The notes beneath the pieces are model-generated. The model saw only the letters and a list, made by a program, of their open reading frames with translations. It did no database searches and had not been told where the DNA came from. The translations under genes and the position numbers were made by a program. A stretch of DNA of 64,000 nt from an uncultured Candidatus Saccharibacteria bacterium (lineage in GTDB: Bacteria; Patescibacteriota; Saccharimonadia; Saccharimonadales; JACDBH01): contig CAZXJN010000004.1 of assembly GCA_964641015.1 (NCBI GenBank), positions 2,659 to 66,658 on the forward strand, given 5' to 3'. Shown in pieces: positions 53,309 to 61,004 of the stretch. Each line of letters begins with the position of its first letter. Positions within the stretch are counted from its first letter, which is position 1.

Positions 53309-53526
53309 AATTTATCAGTAAGCTGGTTCATTTACAATTCGGGCAACGACGGTGGCCAACGCGTTTGGCACATCTTGGACCAAGACCTGCGTCAAAAATC
53401 TTTATCGTATCTAAAATACGTCTCAGATTCTAAAGCACGGCCTTGACTCCAATCTGTACATTAAACGAGTTGTTCATCAGAAACAGCAACTAAAAACCGA
53501 CTCGAGGTCAGCGAATCGGCAGCCAG

Positions 53527-53554
53527 CAAGTGGTCAACTTAGGGCACCACTTTT
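53527..53554 (+). terminator. Weak terminator-like hairpin in the mraZ-rsmH spacer
   Basis: AAGTGGT (53527-53533) pairs with ACCACTT (53545-53551), overlapping the TTTT run at 53551-53554. Confidence 0.3.
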
Positions 53555-53878
53555 TAAAAACCCTTGCACCTTACTTCAAAAACACCTCCCAAAACTCCAC
53601 CTCACACAATAAGTCTCTCAAAACTTATCGGTGCGTGAAGGCCTGGGTAGAAGCTTTTTATCGGACCCTAAATCCGATTCTCGTAAATCTTTTACCTAAA
53701 AAAATCTTCACGCGCCACTACAAAAACAAAAACAACCAAAAACAAAAAGTTGGCTGCTGGTTCGGTGACCTTGCAAAAACAAAAATTTACCTGCAAAAAC
53801 TTTTTTTAAGGAAAAGTTTCGGCAGGCAAAATCCACCAAAAACTTTTGAAAAAAAGTTTAGGCGGACGAGAAGCAAAC

Positions 53879-54796
53879 ATGACCAAAAACAAAAACATTA
53901 CAAATCAATTACATTTTCCAGTGATGGGGCAGAGCGTTTTGCAATTGCTTGACCCTCAGCCAGGGCAGAGATACCTCGACGTCACGGCCGGGTATGGCGG
54001 GCACGCTTCCCAGGTACTGGAACGCACCTTAGCGCCGGATCAGGCTGTACTGGTAGATCGTGACCAGATGGCAATTGACCGGCTCACATCAGTATTCGCT
54101 GGTAGTGGTGCTCAGATTATTCACCTTGATTTTCTGAGTGCGGCCAGAGAACTCTTAAAACAGGAACGTACGTTCGACGTAATGCTAATGGATTTGGGAG
54201 TGTCGTCACCGCACCTTAACACAGCGAGTCGGGGGTTTAGTTTCCGGTATCAAGCTCCACTGGATATGCGTATGGACCAGCGGCAAGAACTGACTGCCGA
54301 AACTGTGGTAAACAGTTTTGACCAGGAGGAACTTGAGCGAATCCTGCGTGAGTACGGTGAAGAGCCCAAAGCGCGCTTGATTGCGGAATTATTGGTCACA
54401 CACAGGCCAATTCTCACTACGACCCGATTGGCTGAAATCGTTGCCCAAGCTTGGCCGGGGCATAGCAGAGTTCATCCGGCGACACGGACGTTCCAAGCGC
54501 TTCGTATTGCCGTCAATGATGAGCTGCGTCTGTTAAAAGAGACGCTGCCTATCCTGGTGGACCTGCTTGCTCCGGATGGGCGTCTGGCTGTCATTTCATT
54601 TCATAGCCTGGAGGATCGTATTGTAAAACAATACTTCCGGGACATTGCGGGTGACAGGTATGACGCAGAGTTTCGATTGCTGACAAAGCGGCCGATTCTG
54701 CCAAGCACTGAAGAAATAGTTTCCAATCCGCGTTCTCGTAGTGCAAAGCTGCGGGGCGTAGCAAAAATAAACAACAAAAAGAAAGGAGATGCTTGA
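53879..54796 (+). CDS. rsmH: 16S rRNA m4C1402 methyltransferase
   Basis: HFPVMGQSVLQLL, DVTAGYGGHA, DLGVSSPHL and SFHSLEDRIVK. Start set at ATG 53879. Confidence 0.9.
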   Translation: MTKNKNITNQLHFPVMGQSVLQLLDPQPGQRYLDVTAGYGGHASQVLERTLAPDQAVLVDRDQMAIDRLTSVFAGSGAQIIHLDFLSAARELLKQERTFDVMLMDLGVSSPHLNTASRGFSFRYQAPLDMRMDQRQELTAETVVNSFDQEELERILREYGEEPKARLIAELLVTHRPILTTTRLAEIVAQAWPGHSRVHPATRTFQALRIAVNDELRLLKETLPILVDLLAPDGRLAVISFHSLEDRIVKQYFRDIAGDRYDAEFRLLTKRPILPSTEEIVSNPRSRSAKLRGVAKINNKKKGDA

Positions 54797-54867
54797 ACTA
54801 TGCCTATACAGGTAAAAAGCAACTCCAGAACATATAGGATTAAAGTCCGCGTACTTTAACCTAGTTG

Positions 54868-54911
54868 TTTGCCCGGGGTGCTGGTAAAGCAGCACCCCAA
54901 AAAAGGGCAAA
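54868..54911 (+). other. Nested GC-rich hairpin between rsmH and ftsL
   Basis: Inner stem GGGGTGCTG (54875-54883) with CAGCACCCC (54890-54898). Outer stem TTTGCCC (54868-54874) with GGGCAAA (54905-54911) across an A6 bulge. Confidence 0.6.
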
Positions 54912-54991
54912 ACACGTGTTCTTTGGATGCGATTTACCAATATTACGACATAGTCCGTATAACGCATTTCTGACAAAAATAAAAACTGCCT

Positions 54992-55339
54992 ATGACATAT
55001 TCTAGTTCGCTGGCCATGAGTCGCCAGCGGTATGCACGGCGTCACCAAAATACCACCGAGTTCAAGCGAGAACAGCGGGGGTTTGGTCCCGTCAGCAATA
55101 CCATCATACTTATCATTCTCAGTTGCATTTTGGGGCTTTTGTATCTGACACAGATTACAAAGACCAATGCCTATGGCTACGAGATTAACGAGCTTCGAAA
55201 CGAATCTGCGAGCCTCCAGGTAGAGCACGATGAACTCGAGGTAGCTTCGGCGCGCTTGCAGTCGCTTGAGCGTGCAAAAAATAGCGAAGTCGCGCAAGGC
55301 ATGGTTTCGATTGCTCCCTCAGGTATCGTACAGAATTAA
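54992..55339 (+). CDS. ftsL: FtsL-like cell-division protein
   Basis: Short cytoplasmic tail, one TM segment (IILIILSCILGLLYL) and a coiled-coil (NELRNESASLQVEHDELEVASARLQSLERAKN). Its position is between rsmH and ftsI. Confidence 0.65.
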   Translation: MTYSSSLAMSRQRYARRHQNTTEFKREQRGFGPVSNTIILIILSCILGLLYLTQITKTNAYGYEINELRNESASLQVEHDELEVASARLQSLERAKNSEVAQGMVSIAPSGIVQN

Positions 55340-55356
55340 CTGATAGGATAGATTTA

Positions 55357-57138
55357 GTGCCCGTAGTAACTCCAAAATATCACGGTGCAGGTCGCTCCGC
55401 CGTACGGCAGGGTGACAGCGCACAACGCGCCCGTATTCTGTACGGGTGTTTGCTCGTGGTGTGTGCAGTGTTTATACTAAAAGCTTTTTATCTCCAGGTT
55501 ATCAAGCATGATCACTATGCGAAGGCGGCGCTGAATTATCAACTCAAGGAGTATCAGATCCCTGCAGAGCGGGGAGTTATATTGGCGCAAAATGGCAGCA
55601 GCACTACACCGCTAGTGCTCAACGAGATAAAATACACGCTATTCGCGGATCCGGTTTACGTGCGTGATCCAGATAAGGCAGCAGTCGATCTGGTGCGGAT
55701 TATTGGCGGAAAGGCTGAGGAGCTTGCAGACAAGCTGCGTACCGAAGACACGCGTTACGTGGTGCTGGCAAAGAAGCTCACAAGGTCTCAGCACGAAGCA
55801 GTTACAGAGCTGGATATCGCAGGTGTTGGTACGCGTGAACAGAGCTATCGGACGTATCCGCAAGGATCCCTGGCAGCACAGACCCTAGGGTTTGTAAATG
55901 ATGATGGAGACGGCCAATACGGGGTCGAACAGTTTCTGGATGAGAGCCTGCGAGGAAAGCCAGGCGAGCTCAAAGCAATTACTGACGCGAAAGGGGTGCC
56001 CTTGGTATCGAATCCGGATAACGTAGTGACCGAGCCGGTACCGGGTCAGGCGGTAACGCTGTCGATCGATATTGGGCTGCAGCAGCAGGCTGAAGGGCTG
56101 TTAAAGTCGGGGCTAGAGCGGGCTAAGAGCGAGTCGGGTAGCGTGGTGGTGATGGATCCACGTACAGGCCAAGTCAAAGCAATGGCAAGCTATCCGACAT
56201 ATGACCCCGAAAAGATTTCAGAGGTGTCTGATCTGCGCAGTCTGTCAAATGCAGCCGTGTCGGCACCACTGGAAGTAGGGTCTATTATGAAAGTGCTCAC
56301 GGCTGGAGCGGCTATGGATCAAGGAGTGGTGTCAGCAAGTACTGCCTTTTATAACAAGGGGTTCGTAGAGGTCGGAGATCGGCGCATTACCGACACTCAC
56401 AACAGCGAAGGTACGCAAACAGTAGAGAGTCTACTGGTGGAGTCGCTCAATACTGGTGCCGTGTGGCTGCTCCAGCAAATTGGCCGCGGCAGCATAAATG
56501 AGCGGGCTCGATTCACCTGGTATGACTACATGACCAAGCATTACTTCCTGGGGCAGCAAACTGGAATTGAGCAGGCTGGTGAAGCGGCCGGATATATCCC
56601 TCGGCCAGAGGAAAACGGGCAGGGTATTGATGTGACCTATGCCAATACCGCGTTCGGGCAAGGTATGACAGCGACACCTATACAAATGGCTGCCGCACTT
56701 GGGAGCATCATAAATGGCGGCACCTACTACAAGCCGACGATTATAGATGCGTTGAGGAATACAGAAGGCAAGGATATACCGCAAGAGCCAAAAGTGCTGC
56801 GCGAAGAGGTGATAAACCCTGCGCTTTCCCGCGATATTATATCGCTGATGGAAGAAGTTGCTCGTCAGAATATCCGCAGTGCCATGCGCAGCGGCTACAG
56901 CGTAGGGGGTAAAACCGGTACCGCTGAAATTGCACGGCCCGAGGGTGGTTACTATACTGACAGATTTAACGGTACTTACCTGGGATTTGTCGGCGGGAAT
57001 GAGCCTGAGTATGTCATTGTCGTGAGTGTTATCGAGCCAAAAATCCCCGGCTATGCTGGCTCACAGGCGGCTGCGCCGATTTTCTCAGACATTGTAAACA
57101 TGCTGGTAGATAATTTTGGGGTTACCCCAAAACGATGA
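55357..57138 (+). CDS. ftsI: Class B penicillin-binding protein / division transpeptidase
   Basis: N-terminal TM segment with SxxK (SIMK), SxN (SLN) and KTG (GGKTGTAE). GTG start. Confidence 0.85.
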   Translation: MPVVTPKYHGAGRSAVRQGDSAQRARILYGCLLVVCAVFILKAFYLQVIKHDHYAKAALNYQLKEYQIPAERGVILAQNGSSTTPLVLNEIKYTLFADPVYVRDPDKAAVDLVRIIGGKAEELADKLRTEDTRYVVLAKKLTRSQHEAVTELDIAGVGTREQSYRTYPQGSLAAQTLGFVNDDGDGQYGVEQFLDESLRGKPGELKAITDAKGVPLVSNPDNVVTEPVPGQAVTLSIDIGLQQQAEGLLKSGLERAKSESGSVVVMDPRTGQVKAMASYPTYDPEKISEVSDLRSLSNAAVSAPLEVGSIMKVLTAGAAMDQGVVSASTAFYNKGFVEVGDRRITDTHNSEGTQTVESLLVESLNTGAVWLLQQIGRGSINERARFTWYDYMTKHYFLGQQTGIEQAGEAAGYIPRPEENGQGIDVTYANTAFGQGMTATPIQMAAALGSIINGGTYYKPTIIDALRNTEGKDIPQEPKVLREEVINPALSRDIISLMEEVARQNIRSAMRSGYSVGGKTGTAEIARPEGGYYTDRFNGTYLGFVGGNEPEYVIVVSVIEPKIPGYAGSQAAAPIFSDIVNMLVDNFGVTPKR

Positions 57139-57256
57139 GCGGCTGCATAAACCCCTTGGGGATAGAGGCGAACAGGCGTACAATAGAGGTGTTAACTGCT
57201 AATAAAAATATGAAACAAATATCTATGGTTACACTGGTTCAGCTGCAGGAGATGAA

Positions 57257-58465
57257 ATGAGCTCGATCCGGCGTCAGCGTAAGCCCGACTATTTGCTACC
57301 TGTACTTGCTACCGGGCTTTTAGCAACTGGCCTGGTGGTGGTGTATTCGATCAGCCCTGGAATGAGTGCTCTGAGCGGCGTGTCTGAAACCTATTACATT
57401 CTCAAGCAATTTATTGCGATTGCACTCGGGGTGGCTGCGTTCCTTATACTATCAAAAGTTCCGTATCAATACTGGCGCAAGGCAGTCTTGCCACTGATTG
57501 TGGTGTCGGCTGTCTCAGCAATCGCAGTGCTGGTGGTCGGCGAGGAGATACACGGAGCACACCGCTGGATTCAAATAGGTGGTTTTTCGTTCCAGCCAGC
57601 AGAGCTTATAAAATTCGCACTACTTATTGGGGTGGCTGATATGTTGGCTCGACGAAAGAGCGAAGGAGCCTTAGGAAGCATGGACAAGACCATGAAGCCG
57701 CTCCTTATAGTGCTTGCAGTGGTTGGGGTAGCTGTGGGTGTGCTGCAAAGTGATTTTGGCTCTACCGCGGTTATGGTCGGGATGATAGGAGCAATGATGT
57801 TCATTGCTGGCGTACCTTTTGGCAATCTGCTTAAAATTGCCCTGGTAATTGTTATTGGAGCGGTGATATTGATTGCGCCATCGGAGTATCGGCGCGAACG
57901 AGTCGCAACATTTTTGAATCCGACGGCTGATTGCCAAAATGATGGCTATCAGACCTGTCAGGCGCTAATTGCGGTTGGTTCGGGCGGATTGTTTGGTTTG
58001 GGGCTAGCACGGAGCGTCCAGGCGTATGGTTATTTGCCTGAGGCAGCAAATGATTCTATCTTTGCAATTTTGGCTGAAAAATTTGGCTTTTTTGGGGTTT
58101 CATTGATAATTGCCGCCTACGCAATGTTCTTTGGACGGCTTACCAAGATTATTGAGCGTGCCCCCGATGAGTTTAGCCGCTTGCTCGTGACCGGTATGCT
58201 GGCGTGGTTTAGTGTACAGGCTATCATTAATATTGGCGCAATGCTTGGCCTGCTGCCGCTCAAGGGCATTACACTGCCATTTATTAGCTATGGCGGTACC
58301 AGCTTGCTGTTTGTAACGGGTGCGCTAGGGATTGCATTCCAGCTCTCGCGCCATACCTCGATCGCACGAATTGGCAGTGAAGACAAGGAGTCGAAGCATG
58401 AAGATTATGCTTATCGGCGGGGGCAGCGGCGGCCATATTACTCCGCTGCGAGCCGTCGCGCATGA
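57257..58465 (+). CDS. ftsW: SEDS-family glycosyltransferase FtsW
   Basis: About 10 TM helices with PEAANDSIFAILAEKFGF and LPFISYGGTS motifs, in dcw context. Confidence 0.85.
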   Translation: MSSIRRQRKPDYLLPVLATGLLATGLVVVYSISPGMSALSGVSETYYILKQFIAIALGVAAFLILSKVPYQYWRKAVLPLIVVSAVSAIAVLVVGEEIHGAHRWIQIGGFSFQPAELIKFALLIGVADMLARRKSEGALGSMDKTMKPLLIVLAVVGVAVGVLQSDFGSTAVMVGMIGAMMFIAGVPFGNLLKIALVIVIGAVILIAPSEYRRERVATFLNPTADCQNDGYQTCQALIAVGSGGLFGLGLARSVQAYGYLPEAANDSIFAILAEKFGFFGVSLIIAAYAMFFGRLTKIIERAPDEFSRLLVTGMLAWFSVQAIINIGAMLGLLPLKGITLPFISYGGTSLLFVTGALGIAFQLSRHTSIARIGSEDKESKHEDYAYRRGQRRPYYSAASRRA

Positions 58466-59576
58466 GATAAAAAAACTGAAACCATCTGCACGCGTAACTG
58501 CGGTGTGTGAAGCCGGCAGCGGTTTTGTAGACATGTACAGAAAATCAGCAGATATTGATGCAGTGTATCAGGTCAGCGCAGGCAAGTATCGACGCTACGC
58601 CGGGCAGAGCCGGCTGCAAAAACTGTTTGATATCGAGACACTTCTTCTCAATGTCAGGGATGTAGTGCGGACGTTGCGGGGGTGCTTGCAGGCTCGAAGG
58701 CTGCTCAAGAGGGAACGCCCTGATGCTATTTTGGTAAAAGGGGGCTTTGTTGCCGTGCCGATGGGTCTTGCTGCTGCCTGGCTCAAAATACCGTTTATTA
58801 CTCATGACTCTGATTCGACTCCGGGACTTGCAAATCGCATCATTGGTCGCTGGGCGCATATGCACGCAACTGGTATGCCAGCGCATCTATACGCTTATCC
58901 AGAGAAAAGCACCGTATACACCGGCATACCTATAGCCAGCGAATTTAAAAAGGTTTCCAAAGCGCAGCAGACGAAATATCGCCAGCAACTAGGGCTTAGC
59001 AGTAAAGGGATGGTAATTACGGTAATGGGCGGAAGCCAGGGCGGCAAACAGCTCAACGAAGACGTGGTTGCTCTGTCTCGAGAACTGTTTGACCAGCTCG
59101 AGGGCCTGGGAGTCGTACATATCGCAGGGTCAAAACACCTTGCCGCGGTGCGCGCAGCGTATAAAAAGGCGCTAACCAAAGAGCAGCTTAAACAGGTGGT
59201 AGTAAAGGGGTTTGTAGATAATCCTGCCATGCATACGGGTGCTGCTGATATTGTGGTGACCCGCGCCAGTGCAACAGCCTTGGCAGAGCTTTCCCTGCAA
59301 GCAAAAGCAGCTATTTTGGTGCCTGGACTTCTTGCTGATGCCCATCAGCACAAAAACGCCGCCTACCTCACACAAAAGCATGCAGCACTTCAGGCCGCCC
59401 CCGGCGACAAAGATGCACTGAGATCGGCGTTAGTGATGCTGCTCACTGATGAAGATATGAGAAAAAGCCTGGCGGTACAGTTGCACTCTCTGGCGCGCCC
59501 AGAGGCTGCGCATCAGCTGGCTGTGCTGATTATTGAACTAGCAAACGGCGGAGCGCATGAGAGTAAAGCGATTTAA
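58398..59576 (+). CDS. murG: UDP-GlcNAc:lipid I N-acetylglucosaminyltransferase
   Basis: MKIMLIGGGSGGHITPL G-loop with AAGGAG 7 nt upstream. It overlaps the ftsW 3' end by 68 nt. Confidence 0.9.
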   Translation: MKIMLIGGGSGGHITPLRAVAHEIKKLKPSARVTAVCEAGSGFVDMYRKSADIDAVYQVSAGKYRRYAGQSRLQKLFDIETLLLNVRDVVRTLRGCLQARRLLKRERPDAILVKGGFVAVPMGLAAAWLKIPFITHDSDSTPGLANRIIGRWAHMHATGMPAHLYAYPEKSTVYTGIPIASEFKKVSKAQQTKYRQQLGLSSKGMVITVMGGSQGGKQLNEDVVALSRELFDQLEGLGVVHIAGSKHLAAVRAAYKKALTKEQLKQVVVKGFVDNPAMHTGAADIVVTRASATALAELSLQAKAAILVPGLLADAHQHKNAAYLTQKHAALQAAPGDKDALRSALVMLLTDEDMRKSLAVQLHSLARPEAAHQLAVLIIELANGGAHESKAI

Positions 59577-60462
59577 AAAATCAGAAAAGCGCGACCGAGT
59601 ACGGCCTGCAGTCTCGACCGAAGGGCAGCGAAAGGTATATTCGTACTATGCGGCAGGTAGTGGCGCAGATTCACCAGAGCGCTCTGACCTTGCAGGGTCT
59701 ACATCAAGAGGCTCGTGGAGAGTCATTCGGATACTACCTGGTATCATCGCAGCGGTGGTTATCATAGGAAGTATTCTCTATAGTTTTACCCTGAGCACTC
59801 ATCCTACGGTGAGCATAGTACAGCAACAGCCTTCGCTTTACCGCGATAAGTCTGAATATGCATCTGCGGTCGATGAAGTCCTGCGTCAAAATGTACGCAA
59901 CCGCACTAAATTCACTGTACAAACGCACGAAGTAGAGGAGATGCTGCTGCAAAAATACCCTGAATTGAGAGATGTAGTACTTCGTTTGCCCGTGATGGGT
60001 CGTAAGCCTACTCTGGTAATCGATATTCGGCAGCCGGTGCTGCTGCTTACGGCGGCGTCGAAAACGTATGTGCTTGATGGAAATGGCATCGCAGTCAGTG
60101 AAGCGCGTACGTTGCCTGCTTCGGACAAAAACGGATTGCCGGTGGTGCAGGACCAGAGCGGTATTGATATTACACTCGGTAAGCAGGTGCTGACCACTGA
60201 GACAGTTCGATTTATTACTGATGCTCTGTACCAGCTCTCATCCAAAGGCTACCAAGTAGAGTCTCTTCGTCTCCCTGTAAGTATTAATGAGCTGGATATA
60301 CAGCTTAGAGGGCTTTCATTTTATATAAAGACTGATTCTTCGCTAGATGCACGACTGCAGATAGGGAGCTTTATTGCAGTATGGGAGAGTCTAAAGGAGC
60401 AGGGGAGTGCTCCAGCAGAGTATATTGATGTGCGGGTCGAAGAAAAAGTCTTTTACCGGTAG
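59557..60462 (+). CDS. ftsQ: FtsQ/DivIB-like cell-division protein
   Basis: Basic N-terminal tail, one TM segment (ILPGIIAAVVIIGSILY) and POTRA-like plus beta-rich domains. Last gene of the dcw block. Confidence 0.7.
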   Translation: MRVKRFKKSEKRDRVRPAVSTEGQRKVYSYYAAGSGADSPERSDLAGSTSRGSWRVIRILPGIIAAVVIIGSILYSFTLSTHPTVSIVQQQPSLYRDKSEYASAVDEVLRQNVRNRTKFTVQTHEVEEMLLQKYPELRDVVLRLPVMGRKPTLVIDIRQPVLLLTAASKTYVLDGNGIAVSEARTLPASDKNGLPVVQDQSGIDITLGKQVLTTETVRFITDALYQLSSKGYQVESLRLPVSINELDIQLRGLSFYIKTDSSLDARLQIGSFIAVWESLKEQGSAPAEYIDVRVEEKVFYR

Positions 60463-61004
60463 ATATTCAGAATAAAGAATGACTTTCAATGAGACAGGGA
60501 GGTCCCTATTGCTCTGCCATTAGTTCGCAAAATGTTCATTAATACAGTTTTTATAATTTTATATATTAAACATATAAATAAACAAAAAAGCAAATAATGC
60601 AAATAGGGGAGTGAACATGGCAGGGGTGTGGAAAAGTCGTGAAAAGTATATATCGGGCAAGTTTTCACGGAATAAGCAAATAGCGACACAGTATCTACAT
60701 TGATGAATACGTAGGGCCGAGAATGGCTCACCAAAAAACAAGGTTAATAACTGCACGGGCAGGTTAAATTCGCTCTTACTTAGGCAAAAGTACGAAAACT
60801 CCCCTACTAGAAGACGTATCGTTAATCATCTGTAAATCAAATATTAGAGTCGCAAAATATACATTGTGCGACACTATGTCTATACCTCGTTCTATAACTT
60901 ACGGCGCCTGCCCGTCCGCTTGGTTTTATGGATTTATATATAATCCCTGCTGCTTTCATATCGCCCTTGCCCGTTTTAGCTGGAGTCGTCTATGTGGCCC
61001 TCGA

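Noticed and set aside
53530-53952. 140-aa ORF in the mraZ-rsmH spacer
   Set aside because: It is K/N/Q-rich low complexity generated by A-runs. It starts inside a hairpin and overlaps the rsmH start in another frame.
54596-55297. 233-aa minus-strand ORF spanning the rsmH 3' end and ftsL
   Set aside because: It overlaps two well-supported plus-strand genes and an intergenic hairpin. It has no motif and unusual composition.
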